Below are positions 23,691 to 36,400 of a stretch of DNA of 64,000 bases, piece after piece. Each line of letters opens with the position of its first letter. Position 1 is the stretch's first letter. The position numbers were made by a program, and so were the translations under genes. Origin of the DNA: Octopus sinensis (taxonomy: Eukaryota); the NCBI RefSeq assembly GCF_006345805.1, contig NC_042998.1, positions 50,654,001-50,718,000 of the forward strand, read 5' to 3'. The notes beneath the pieces were generated by a model, which made no database searches, was not told where the DNA came from, and saw only the letters and a list, made by a program, of their open reading frames with translations.

Positions 23691-25279
23691 TATTATTCAA
23701 ACATAATATAAGGCTTATCTAAGACTTCTCATCCACTGTATCATTAGTATTCTTTTTCTTTTTCTTATAAGAAAGATAGGCTGTGATTTGGTAGGGGGTA
23801 GATGTGGCTATTATTTCATATATATGGAATATATACATTATTGTTGTCTTAATATACATTAACTATAGTGTTATAGTATGATAATGTCGTTTATTGGTGC
23901 AATAGTTTATTATTTAGACCCATATCAGCCCTGATCCAGTAGTTCTGCCACCAAAAAATATTCCACGCGTAACCATCTCGCTTTTATTTGGACATGCTAA
24001 TATCTACAACTACCTCGAATATTGTCCCCTGCCACCTTTGTTTAAAGACAGTACAGAAATTTTCACGGTATTTCTAGCAGTCGAAGTGTCCACATAGAAA
24101 AGCTCCCTCAATGGTTTCACACAAAGGAAGAAAACCTTGGATATATTATAGTGATTATGTAACATTTATGCTTTCTAAAATGCTGTTAGTTACCAAAATA
24201 TTAGCAATCGTATGAGAAAAATCGAATCCACATTTATAATGTTTTGTTATGTTATTGTTAAGTGCTTGATAGTTTTAAAAATATTATTCTCCTTCCTTAG
24301 TGAATTCATAGGATTTTTAAAATTTAATATTTAATTTTTATAGTTAATTTATCATGCGTGTTATCACATATATGTTATATTCTGCCCTGCTTTGTCTGGC
24401 ACGTTCCAATTTTTTTTTATTTCGATCGCGTATTCATTGTTTGAATTCATTTGTTTTCATTACTTCAACACACACATACACGTGTGCGTGTGTGTACTCG
24501 TGGAATAGAGAATAGAAAGAAATGATTGTCGACTCTGTGTGTGTGTAACTGACTGAAACTTCGGAGTCACTGTCAACAACATTATTGTATAGAAATAATA
24601 AATTTGTACTCTGCAAAAGTAGAGAGTAACCCATCAGATTAATGTAAATCGTTCTTATAATTGAACATAAAAACAAACACACATACACACGCAAGCGAGT
24701 TATATCTATGTATACACGCACATGGATGTTATATCTGTGTATACACACTTATTAGAGAGAGATGGGATGTGGGTAATAAGTTAAACAAAGGAAGAATGAA
24801 GGTGATAAAGGGAAATAGGGAGGAATGTAGAAATAATCAAGTAGGAAGAGAAAGAGGTCAAAAAGCAAATAGGAAGAGGAGATGAGAAGGAAGGAAGCAA
24901 TGGATGGATACGAGAGACAGAAATATTTAAGCGACTGCAGGCTCATTGTGGATTAACGCCTGCCTATGACCCCTCCCACAAAGACCTAACAACTACCTAG
25001 GGAGTCAGATTGTGTAGCGGATGGAGGTCACATACAAAAAGGGATTAACATATTCCCCTGAAGTCGTCCATTGGCGAATGGAATTACTGTTAAAAAAGAC
25101 GAAAGAGGAGAAAAAAATTTAGTATTAGAATAACAGAAATATGAAAGGAAGAGACTAAAAGAGGAATAAAAGATGCAGAAATAGAGACGTGGGTATATTT
25201 GATGAGGAAGAGTATAAAAAGGAGGTTAAACTATATAATTAACAACTAGAGAAATAGACAAGGAAACACCTCAGATGTA

Positions 25280-25473
25280 CTGTTGTGTCTGGGGAAAGTC
25301 ATTTTTCTTTTTGTGTCTTATAATGTAACACACTCACCGGTGAAATTTCCACTTATTTCTTATAAATAAAATTCAATAAAATTTATAAAAATAAGAAATA
25401 AGTGGTAATTTTACCGGTGAGTGTGTTACATTATAAGGCACAAAAAGAAAATTACTTTCCCCAGACACAACAG
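25280..25473. repeat. ~83-bp inverted repeat with 29-bp spacer
   Basis: 25280-25362 vs 25392-25473 with few mismatches. Confidence 0.85.
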
Positions 25474-26059
25474 AATATGCTTCAACACACAAACTCGTAT
25501 AAAGAATCTTGCAAACCAAATCCAAAAACGAAATAACTCAGATGTAATTATTGAAACAGAGCAAACTTTCCAGCGGTTTGTGGTTCATAATATAGATTAT
25601 CAAGATTATCTTCCCCTTTAACTTTACTTCCCTGGATCAATTATTAAATAATGATTTCTTTTATTTGCCACAAGAACATAATATTTGATCTATTTCTTTT
25701 CATTTTTTTTAATAAGAGATGGAAGTTTCGTATTCTATTTTACATGAAATAGTATGCATTATTTTAATTGCATGCGTATGCACTTGTGATTAAATAATGT
25801 CTATTTTATATAAAATAATATATGCGTATGCGTGTGTGATTAGTGTGCTTGTGCATATATCGTGTTTGTATATATTGTGACTGCATGTTTGTGTGTGTAT
25901 AAACACACGTGTTTAGTATACATGTGTGTGTGTGTATACACCCATGTGTTTAGTATGCGTGTGTGTATACACACATGTATATGTGCAGGTATAATATAAA
26001 CACACACACGTGTGTATCAGCATGTATAATAAATAAATAAATATATATATATATATATA

Positions 26060-26230
26060 GTTCAAATTTACAGAAAAACAAAAGATGAAGACAGGTGTAT
26101 AAACAACAAGCAGATGTATTAGTTTGACGCTCAGGAATAAAGAGAAAGTTTTTTTATGTTTTGATCCTACGCTCTTCGACAGTAAGAGTTAAGAGGGAAA
26201 AAATGGAGAGAGAGAAAAAGATGTGTAGAG
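26060..26230 (-). mobile_element. PLE pLTR-like remnant (same family as 17681-17850)
   Basis: Shared gacaggtg..cagatgtattagt..acgctcaggaata; adjacent to (TA)n. Confidence 0.55.
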
Positions 26231-26277
26231 ATTGAAAGTTCAGCATGATGAAATGCTATATATATATATATACATAT

Positions 26278-26409
26278 ATTTATTATATAGAAGGAGCTTC
26301 TACAGGACTAGAACTGTTTCATTCAAGAGAAATCTTCAGGAAGCATCCTGAAGATTTCTCTTGAATGAAACAGTTCTAGTCCTGTAGAAGCTCCTTCTAT
26401 ATAATAAAT
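26278..26409. repeat. Perfect 64-bp palindrome with 4-nt loop
   Basis: 26278-26341 is the reverse complement of 26346-26409; loop agca. Confidence 0.95.
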
Positions 26410-26825
26410 TAATTTTACTCTGCTATGTATTGAGTACCTTATTTACTGTGGTTAACCCCGAATCAACCCGGGACCTACATATATATACATATATATATAT
26501 ATATTTATATGTGCACAGTATGTGTGTGTGTATACATATATGTAAAGTAAATGGTGGTAATTTGTCCATCAAATTTGATATGAAGTATCTAATGTTCGCC
26601 TGTTGGTGATCAGTAAAGACCACGACTTCCACCAGAGATTCCTGGAGGGAATGCAACCATGCAGGGGACGAGAAAACCATGACTGCTGGCACCTTTACTA
26701 CAACTTTCATGTGCTTTAATCTATGAAAGTATCGATATTTCATTGTTACAGAAATGTGATATCCTCACTGCTGCAGTGAAAGGTCTACCTTTGTGGCTCC
26801 TAGAAGTTTTGATTAACATCCACTT

Positions 26826-26990
26826 CATCATCATCATCATTTAACATCCATTTTCCATGCTGGCATGGGGTGGACAGTTTGACAGGAGCTGGCCAGCCGG
26901 GACAACTGTCAAGGCTCCAATTATCTGTTTCGACATGGTTTCTACAGTTGGATACCCTTCTTAATGCCAACCACTTGTGCAGGGTGCTTT
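26826..26990 (-). mobile_element. RTE 3'-end fragment with (GAT)n tail
   Basis: Homologous to the 3' UTR of 49294-49980. Confidence 0.7.
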
Positions 26991-27232
26991 GTATACATGG
27001 CAAAAAAAAATGCAAGTTAATTGTACAAGTGGTGACCATAGTGACACCCATAATTTCATAAACACAGGCACCTAGTTATATATTTTCTAGTGGTAGCATG
27101 AGCCTTCCAGAAATAGCAGCTGAGGTATAAATGCTTCATCGTAGAATATTCAACAACACTAATAGAAGCCACAGAGAAGACACATTTGATATTTGATAGG
27201 TGAACTTTCGATGTGAGTTTAGGCTACACATA

Positions 27233-27885
27233 CAGGGTGGCCCAAAAGTTAGTTTACATTTATCACATAGGCACTTCAAATTTCTTTTAAAACATTTTAT
27301 TACATTTAAATTTAAATTTTATTACATTTAAATCCTATTGTTTATTATATAAATTAGCATAGAATAGGGTGGCGAGCTGGCAGAAGCGTTAGCATGCCAG
27401 GCGAAATGCTTGGCGGTATTTCGTCTGCCATTACGTTCTGAGTTCAAATTCCGCCAAGGTCAACTTTGCCTTTCATCCTTTCGGGGTAGATTAAATAAGT
27501 ACCAGTTACGCACTGGGGTCGTTGTAATTGACTTAATCCATTTGTCTGTCCTTGTTTGTCCCCTCTGTGTTTAGCCCCTTGTGGGTAGTAAAGAAATAAG
27601 TATTTCGTCTGTCGTTACATTCTGAGTTCAAATTCTGCCAAGGTCGACTTTGCTTTTCATCCTTTCGGGGTCGATAAATATAGTACTAGTTTCGCACTGG
27701 GGTCAATGTAATAACTTAATCCCTTTGTCTGTCCTTGTTTAGCCCCTTGTGGGCAATAAAGAAATATATATAAATTAGCATAGAATAATGGTTTCATATT
27801 TTTTTATAATTAAGATCTAAATTGTTAATCTGTGAATGCGAAGGAGATAGTTGAATAACTGTAAACCTACTTTTGGGCCACCCTG
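27233..27885. mobile_element. Tc1/mariner MITE interrupted by a SINE dimer
   Basis: TA|CAGGGTGGCCCAAAAGT .. ACTTTTGGGCCACCCTG|TA. Confidence 0.85.
27367..27766 (+). mobile_element. SINE family B head-to-tail dimer with 21-bp TSD
   Basis: tatataaattagcatagaata at 27346-27366 and 27767-27787. Confidence 0.9.
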
Positions 27886-28104
27886 TATAGAGTTTGGAAG
27901 TTCTGTAGCATATAAATTTTATTCATCCTATGAGAAGAGCATCCCATACACAATCTAGCAAAGGCTAGTAGATGTTCTCCAAGATGAAATTCAGTTGACA
28001 ATGCTTTATTTATGTGATATCTGTATGATCATAGATGGCAAAGTAGGTTCAAAGAGCATATACATACTGTATTCTATTTTCATATTATATAAATTACACT
28101 CTCA

Positions 28105-28236
28105 GAGTGGTTGGCATTAGGAAGGGCATCCAGCTGTAGAAACTCTGCCAGATCAGATTCGAGTCCGGTTCGCCAGACCTCAGTCAAATCGTCCAACCCA
28201 TGCTAGCATGGAAAGCAGATGTTAAATGACGATGAT
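28105..28236 (+). mobile_element. RTE 3'-end fragment
   Basis: gagtggttggcattaggaagggcatccagctgtagaaac..gatgatgat. Confidence 0.75.
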
Positions 28237-28794
28237 AAATATAATGAAATTTAAAGGTTTCATTGTCATCACTTCTGGTTTCTAGCACAATTTACTTTCA
28301 CTTTTTTACGACACTAAACTGCCTATTAACCAAAGTTTTAGCTATTAGTACTCACTGAAGATTGTAGCTTGCTTTGCTGGCTTAACAAGAAGCACAGTCA
28401 CATGAGGGTAATAACAGAAAACTGTGACTGCTCTTGCTTATACTACTCACCACCACCTACGTACGGAAATGGTGGTATTTCATTGTCATAGATGTGCAAA
28501 AACCCCTTACTGCCTCAACATTACTAATTGAGAGAGAGGTTGTCTGTCAGTTATGTGACTTGCAATCTTCCATACTGGACACATTTTAACCCCTTACAGA
28601 CAGATTTAATACTGACAGTCTGTGCTGTGTACTGTTATTAGGCCATTCAGTAACTACATAATTTTTCATACAAGGAATTTTACTGTGTATTTAAAGATTC
28701 TTCTCTGTGGTAATTAAAAGAACTGGTGCCGCACAGAGCAAGACATCACACTACTCACGCACAGTGTTTCAATGTGTACAAGGTTCTTTTTTAA

Positions 28795-29329
28795 CCCTTT
28801 GTTGTTCAGATTATTCTGTCAAGTATAATGCTTCTTTATTCACATTGTTTTGAATTAATCATGCATTATCTTGTAGCTTTGAAATTTTGATAATGTAGCA
28901 TGTAAAAAGCACCATTTGAGCGCGATCGTTACCAGTGTCGCCTTACTGGCACATAAACAAAACATTCGAGCGAAGTCGTTACAGGTACCACTGGACTGAC
29001 TCCTGTGCAGGTGGCACGTAAAAAACACCATTTCAAGCATAGCCGTTGCCAGTACTGCCAGACTGGCCCTCATGCCGGTGGCATGTAAAAGTACCCACTA
29101 CACTCTTGGAGTGGTTGGCGTTAGGAAGGGCATCCAGCTGTAGAAACTCTGCCAGATCAGATTGGAGCCTGGCACAGCCATCTGGTTCGCCAGTCCTCTG
29201 TCAAATTGTCCAACCCATGCTAACATGGAAAGCGGATGTTAAATGATGATGATGATGATTGTCTATTTTTAGAATGACATTGTAGGGTAAGTGTAATAGG
29301 CCAGATCTGATTGTTTAAATGCAAAAGGG
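28795..29329 (+). mobile_element. TTAA (piggyBac-type) MITE ~215 bp, interrupted by an RTE 3' end (~28899-29259)
   Basis: TTAA|CCCTTT..AAAGGG|TTAA; other copies at 32005-32606, 37298-37507, 42856-43070. Confidence 0.75.
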
Positions 29330-30133
29330 TTAAAGTGAGAAAAAGTTGTGTGCACATCAGACTCACTTTCATTCTTATACAATATGCCCATTGACAAGAT
29401 AAAGTCAAGACAGTTGAGCTTCTGTAAGAATGCAGGAGATTGTCATAGTGGCTAAAAAGGTTTCCAGACCTCTCAGTGCCATATAACTTGATGTGTGTAT
29501 ATGTATATGTAAGAGCGCCACTTTCCTGGCGTGACATAATGGCATACTGACATTTCAAGTTAGGTCAGGTCAGGAAAATCCTGCTACTGCTACCATATAA
29601 TCCAGTACTACCTGTTTCAAAGTCAGGTGGTTGGTGACTAAACTGGTTCCATCACCTGGGTTGGCAGGTGAGAAAGGTGTTGTGGACACTCTGCAGGACT
29701 GAAAACAACACCTGTCAAAGTACAGACAAGTTCATTTTGGGCCAACAACCATCCATATAAATGGTGTGTCATAAAAACATCCTGAATGTGAGCTGGCAAA
29801 CTGTGCAGCTGACCCAAGATTGTAACCACAGAAACCTTCTTTTTGGCAGAAACATTAGCACGCCGGGCGAAATGCTTTGTGGTATTTCGTCCGCTGCTGC
29901 ATTCTGAGTTCAAATTTCGCTGAGGTCGATGTAATCGACTTAATCTGTTTGTCTGTCTTCTGTTTAGCTCCTTGTGGGCAATAAAAAAATAAGAAACTTT
30001 TTTTTATTTACAATCTTTTATTTTGTCCAGAATATTATCATACTGAATAGTTCCAAGTTTCTGAATAATTTATTGTATTAGATACTAATATCAAAGCTGT
30101 ATATATATATATATACATATACATATGTATATA

Positions 30134-30170
<37 letters not shown>

Positions 30171-30433
30171 GTAAATATAATAGGTGACAATTATTCGGTA
30201 GCCTCCACCTCGACATCTGAAACTCCGAGTTTTATCATGGCTACTGAATAATTGTCACATATTATATTTACAGATAAATTCCTCTATTTATATAATATTG
30301 AGGTCTCTTTCATTCCTTTCTTTTGTTGTCTTGCCATTTCTATCAATATATATATATATAGGAAAAATTGTTCAAAGACTTGCAAATTGGTCCAGGAACT
30401 GTCTTTTTCATAATTTCTGGCTCATGAATAGCA

Positions 30434-30603
30434 CCAGATCTCAAGCCTGTTGCAAACCATCTTGATTCTCCATGTCATTCCTACCATCATTTTGTTATCT
30501 GTGAATTTCTCCAACACCGTGGCTGCATATCACCTGTTTCATCCAGGAACAGCTATTGGTTTTCCAGTTGAGGTCATCTACTCCTGGTAGAATCAATAAT
30601 TGA
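30434..30603 (+). pseudogene. Second PLE GIY-YIG C-terminal remnant (different clade)
   Basis: PVANHLDSPCHS.. then frameshift to IQEQLLVFQLRSSTPGRINN*, resembling PLE PVAxHFNxxxHS..EQxLIFxLGTLxPxGIN. Confidence 0.6.
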
Positions 30604-30747
30604 TTAGCTTTCCCTCTGATCCCATCCTTACTAATAGGAATATGCACATTGACACCATCAGAATTTTCCTCTCAACCGGTCGCATATACATGCTGCTCTG
30701 TTCACACAACCTTGTTCTGATCACTCACTCATGCATACCAAATGTTG

Positions 30748-30786
<39 letters not shown>

Positions 30787-31189
30787 ACCTACCTGTCTAC
30801 TCATCACATACTGTCACTCACAACTATCACTTAACTGACCCTCTGCATTCTATTGCCTTTCCTTATTTCTTTCTGCACATGACCTACAATTTCTCATTCC
30901 ATTCTACTCTCTTGTATTAAAACCACACTCACACACACTACTCAGTTCTATTTATTATGCACATATCACTCTCTCTCTCCCTTTAGTCTTTTCTCTCTTA
31001 ACAAAGGCTTTGTATGTAATGTTTATACCTCTTCCTTTTCCTCACATCATACTACAACATACAATGTCTTTGTTTACTTTAGTTTGTTTTTTATTTTGTA
31101 ACAATAAGATTATAATTTTGAACAGTTGTTAACCACAATATATTATTAAGAGCTGAAGCATAGTGGGGTTTGGTTTAACTCTCATATTC

Positions 31190-31607
31190 TTATTTCTTTA
31201 TTGCCCACAAGGGGCTAAACATAGAGGGGACAAACAAGAACAGACATAGGGCTCGAGTCAATTACATCGACCCCAGTGCGTAACTGGTACTTAATTTATC
31301 AACCTCGAAAGGATGAAAGGCAAAGTTGACCTTGGCTGAATTTGAACTCAGAACATAATGGCAGATGAAATACCTATTTCTTTACTACCCACAAGGGGCT
31401 AAACACAGAGAGGACAAACAAGGACAGACAAACGGATTAAGTTGATTACATCGACCCCAGTGCGTAACTGGTACTTATTTAATCGACCCCAAAAGGATGA
31501 AAGGCAAAGTCGACCTCAGCAGAATTTGAACTCGGAACGAAGCGGCAGACGAACTACTGCTAAGCATTTCGCCCTGCGTGCTAACGTTTCTGCCAGCTCG
31601 CCACCTT
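31190..31607 (-). mobile_element. SINE family B dimer with 15-bp TSD
   Basis: ttaactctcatattc 31175-31189 / ttaactttcatattc 31610-31624. Confidence 0.85.
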
Positions 31608-32034
31608 AATTAACTTTCATATTCGGGCAATGAAAGTGCATGGTGTAACGTTTAAGGTGTCAGGCTCACAACCATAAGGTCTTGGTTTTGAGTCCCAGAT
31701 TGGATGGTGTATTGTGTTCTTGAGCAAAACAATTCATTTCACATCGCTCCAGTCTACTCACTTTCAAATGAATACCAGCAACAGCTGGGGTCTTAACTCC
31801 GCTACAGTCTGGCATCTCATTCAGGGGTGGTGGGCAGTTTTGTACTCTTTGTCATTTATACACCACAGAAACTAAGATAAAACACCAGGCTAATTGATCC
31901 TGTATAGTCAACACATAACATAAGATCTAAAAAGAGACTCCAGCTATAGGAAGAGGATAACTGAATTATAATATTGAGGTCATTATGTTCAGTTGAACCC
32001 TTAACCATTCAGATTTCTTTGTCAAATGTATTCC

Positions 32035-32426
32035 TTAGCAGTATTGCCTGGTGTTGCTCGGGTTTGTTTCAACCCTTTAGAATTGGAATTTTTGAAAACT
32101 AAAAATTTTGCATTATGTAGCTTGTTATTCTCTTTAAGTGAACATTTTTCTGGTTGAAATACACTGAAAAATGGCGACACAGCAGTAAAAAAATCGTAAA
32201 AAATAGGGATTTTCATAGGAAAAAAGCACCTTTTTGATGTAAATAATTTTTGGTCTTAACATGATCCGATTTGAATTTTTTCTTCTACGGAAGGAAGACC
32301 AAGCCTTCTTCTATCATACTCTCAATTTTGGTCAACTTGAGCCTCAGGGTCTCCAAGGAGATAGTGTTAGTTGAAGGCTACCAAACCTGCCATACAGAGA
32401 CAACTTCAGCTTTATATATAGAGAGA
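32035..32426 (-). mobile_element. Non-autonomous Helitron nested in a TTAA MITE (32005-32606)
   Basis: Same family as 4782-5172. Confidence 0.85.
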
Positions 32427-32689
32427 TTTATTCATGATATATTGAATTAATCATGCATTATTTTGTAGCTTCAAAGTTTCAATGGTGTGTTTGTATATTT
32501 TTAAAATGACTTTGTTGGGTAGGTATGAAGGGTTGGATCTGGTCAGATTTAACATAAAACAGGTAGAATATTTGGGCTTGATATGGCTGGATTAAACACT
32601 AAAGGTTTAAAAACAGTGTCTCTGTGTGACCACAGTTCACTGACAGAAACCAGTGAAAGAATAAAAGAACTGGTCTCAGACATACTCTC

Positions 32690-32934
32690 GTTTATTTGTT
32701 TCAGTCATTTTGACTGTGGCCATGCTGGAGCACCACCTTTAGTCAAGCATTGACCCCAGGGCTTATTCTTTTGTAAGCCTAGTACTTATTCTATTGGTCT
32801 CTTTTGCCGAACCGCTAAGTTGTGGGGACACAAAGTTAGGTGGTTGGTAACTAAACTGGTTCCATCACCTGGGTTGTCAAGCGATGTTGGGGGGACAAAC
32901 ACAGACACTCAAACATATACACATACAGTGTGTG

Positions 32935-32968
<34 letters not shown>

Positions 32969-33122
32969 ACCGGCTTCTTTCAGTTTCCGTCTACCAAATC
33001 CACTCACAAGGCTTTGGTCGGCCCGAGGCTATAGTAGAAGACACTTACCAAAGGTGCCACACAGTGGGACTGAACCATGTAGCTGGTACGCAAGCTACTT
33101 ACCACACAGCCACTCCTACGCA
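32690..33122 (-). mobile_element. SINE family A carrying a 46-bp foreign insert
   Basis: Family A match; 32831-32876 matches 29618-29663. Confidence 0.85.
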
Positions 33123-33943
33123 TTGATAAGAATTTTTAACATGGACACATTTTGTGGAAAGGCAAGTTGGTTAAAAGAACTTAAGTGTTACTTGTTTTAT
33201 CAACCCTAGAATGATGAAATTCAAAGTCAGTCATGATCAGTTTGGACATAAAATCAACATAACTAATACCACTAGGCATTATGTCCACTCCTCTCTTGAT
33301 TTTTCCACTCTATCACACTTAATAATATTAATTATATTAAGATGACGAATTGGAAACTTTGTTAGAACAACATTTAAAATGTTTTGTTGTTATTACTCCA
33401 TCTTGCTGTGCTCTGAGTGAATATCCAGCTGTGATCAACTTTCCTTAATCCTATCTTTTGCTTTCATCCATTTGGGATCAATAAATAAAGTACCCCTTCA
33501 AAATGGGCAGAATTGTTAGTGCACTGATGCCTTATGGTATCTTTTCTGGTTCTTTTGTGTTTTGAGTTGAAATTCTCCGCATTGCTGGAATCACTTCAGT
33601 ACCATATTTTTCAGTATACCAGTCAAATTTGTTAGAGAAAAATTTATGGTTAAAAAGGTAGGCAATTTATACACTAAGACAGCTTCGTAGGACCAAAAAT
33701 TCCATGTGAAATACAGCAGGATTTGGAAAGATAGTGACAATGTTTGAATGCTTACACTACATGTTTACACTATATACTACATCAATATGTATTCTTGAAA
33801 ATATGGTATACCTGTTTGAAGAGGTGAACGCAAGATGAGAATTTACAGAATTTGTATCTACCCTTGTGACTATATGCACAAGACTATTTATCTCAGGGGT
33901 CAGGGAGCTTTTTAACCAATTACCCCCAAATATATTTACTTAA

Positions 33944-35025
33944 CCCTTTCGTTATTATATTTCTGACCAAATTACACCCCTTATGTGTTTCAATTAATTT
34001 CTAACGTAATCATAAATTTAGTCTGGTTTCATTAAACAACTATAACTTTTTTATTTATCAATATATTAATCTGATTTTTGGAAGATAATTTAATGAAATA
34101 TTCTCAACCATTCTATACTATAATTTTTGTCACAAAGTGACTCTAATTGCAGGTAGATACAGGTAAATTCAACAAAATATAAAATTAAAATTTTGTTCAA
34201 ACATCGCTATAGAAAATGGGTTATTAGCTAATATTCAATTGGGTATACAACAAAATTTTACGATAGAATTTGTTATTCTGGGTAACTTTCTGATACCCAT
34301 AATAATATTTACGGCAAAATAGTCTTAATTTCATTTAAGGTTGTGGGAAACCACAAACTATCGTTTCTTTCGCTTTGTTTACGTTTAGCGTAACAGTTCG
34401 TTTCCGTCGTAATGATTTCAAATAGGCTCATTTGAAAAAGTAAAAAGAAGTAGTCTAAGGCTTTACTCTTCTGGGAAAGTCTGTGGCTTGGTCCAGTTTC
34501 TTCAGAAAAATCACCGAAAGAAACAGTTTTTAAATTTTCACTCCATTCAGGTGCCAATTCATTTTCTTTATCGCTATCGGAGATCTCGGATTCACTGTTT
34601 TCACTTTCGGAAAATGAAACATCAGATTCATTATCAAATACCACATGCTTTTTTTTTTTCAGTCATAGAGTTAGATTTATGAAGGTCTTCAGTAGAAAAT
34701 CCTTCGAATTCTGACTCGCTGCTTGATATAATGAAATTCGTATCCATTTTTTGTCAGAATTACAAATTTTGAAAACACAATAGGAACATATTTCGGAAAA
34801 AAATCTCTCAAAATTCACGGAATTAAAATTACACTTCGATTATTGTACAAAACTGTAGTTGAACTGTTTACGAAGTATAATACGTGTTTTCACGAATGTA
34901 CTAAAGAGATTTGCTCTGATATTCTCATTTAAATATGAATAGGTAAATTCGGGCGGCTTTGGGCGGTTTGGTCACATTAACCAAAATTTTTTGGGGCGGC
35001 TTTGGGCGGTTTGGTAACGAAAGGG
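33944..35025 (-). mobile_element. Non-autonomous piggyBac with TTAA TSD and transposase N-terminal remnant
   Basis: TTAA|CCCTTTCGTTA .. TAACGAAAGGG|TTAA; ORF ALDYFFLLF..IITTETNCYA..W.PTTLNEIK. Confidence 0.9.
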
Positions 35026-35689
35026 TTAAGCCAACGTTACCCCCTTGATTTGAAAGGAAGAAAATCATGAATTCCTTGAATTCAAAAGGTTTATTGAATC
35101 TGTTTATTTGGAGAATACAATTATAAATATAAAAAGTATAAAACAAATGAAATTAAATATATTAATACCCTCATTATGAAACAAAAGATTTTTTCTAGAA
35201 ACTGTTTCAGTTCAGGTTTTGGAGAAATGATGTTTCATTTTTGTAATAATTGCATCAAAATTGGAGCATTTTGATGCCAGTGCAATTTGGATACAGTTTT
35301 CGGGATCCAGTCAATTTTGTTAAAGGGTTGAATTGAATAACTACTTAAATCTACTTAAAGCAAAAACACGTGTGTCAAAAGGTTAAAGTGGGTAATAGAC
35401 AACTGACAAATAATGTGTTAAGTCACTTTTCAAAATGATGTAACAGCTCCTAATCACATCCATTACTTGGGACAGATGCAGTGTTGCCAGAAGAAAAATT
35501 TCTGTCATAGCAAGGAACACATTTTTTATATAATTTTACTTGTGTCTAATGAGTCCTCCCTCATTACCTCCAAGAATTTCCTTTTTACCCCACTTGAGAT
35601 AATTTACCCCGATTCGCCAACCCCTGATATATCTGCACCCAAGATTATATAATACACAAGACTATATACCTCTAGTTTTTCTAAGTTCA

Positions 35690-36021
35690 GATTCCATCAA
35701 GATTGACTTTGCTTTTCATCCTTTCAGGATTGATAAAATAAGTACCAATTGAACTCTGGGGGTCAATATTATCAAGTAATCCCCTCCCCCAAAGCTGCTG
35801 GCTTTGTGCCAAAATTTGAAACCATTGTTATTATTAAGGTGGCAAGCCGGCAGACTTGTTAGCACACTGGACGAAATGGTTAGCAGTATTTCACCCATCA
35901 CTATGTTCTGAGGTCGACTTTGCCCTTCATCCTTTTGGGGTCGATAAAAGAAATACCAGTTGAACACTGAGATCGATGTAATCAACTCATCCCCACCTGC
36001 CCTTGTGGCAGAAATTTGAAA
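35690..36021 (+). mobile_element. SINE family B, two copies
   Basis: Family B core twice. Confidence 0.7.
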
Positions 36022-36041
36022 ATAATAATAATAATAATAAT

Positions 36042-36149
36042 AAAAACAATTCCTATCATAGTAGGTGCAAAAACAATTCCTATCATAGTAGGTGCAAAAA
36101 CAATTCCTATCATAGTAGGTGCAAAAACAATTCCTATCATAGTAGGTGC
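36042..36149 (+). repeat. 4 x 27-bp perfect tandem repeat
   Basis: aaaaacaattcctatcatagtaggtgc at 36042, 36069, 36096, 36123. Confidence 0.95.
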
Positions 36150-36400
36150 ATTAGGCATGATAAAAAAATATTCAGACAAATACATAACAAAAACACCAGG
36201 ACTTACAAACACATATAACATACAGAAAATTGCACTACTAGGCACTGCACACATCCTACGCAGAACACTTTCCATACAATAACCATCAGAGCATCACAAC
36301 AAATCACAGCACATACCCAAGGCACACAGAGCTGCGCTCGGTAGTGAAGTGAAAGCACGCTATAAAAATAAAACTACTGAATAATAATAATAATAATAAT
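36042..36400 (+). mobile_element. 5'-truncated R4/Dong-like LINE 3' end in (TAA)n
   Basis: PIIVGALGMI..IQKIALLGTAHILRRTL* C-terminus; (TAA)n on both sides. Confidence 0.85.

Noticed and set aside
25050-25296. Hammerhead spanning ccctgaagt..gaaacac..gtgtc
   Set aside because: Core is mutated (A9 to U), stem I does not abut the core, and the halves are ~200 bp apart.
36042-36149. CRISPR-like repeat array
   Set aside because: Repeats are contiguous with no spacers, in a eukaryotic LINE context.
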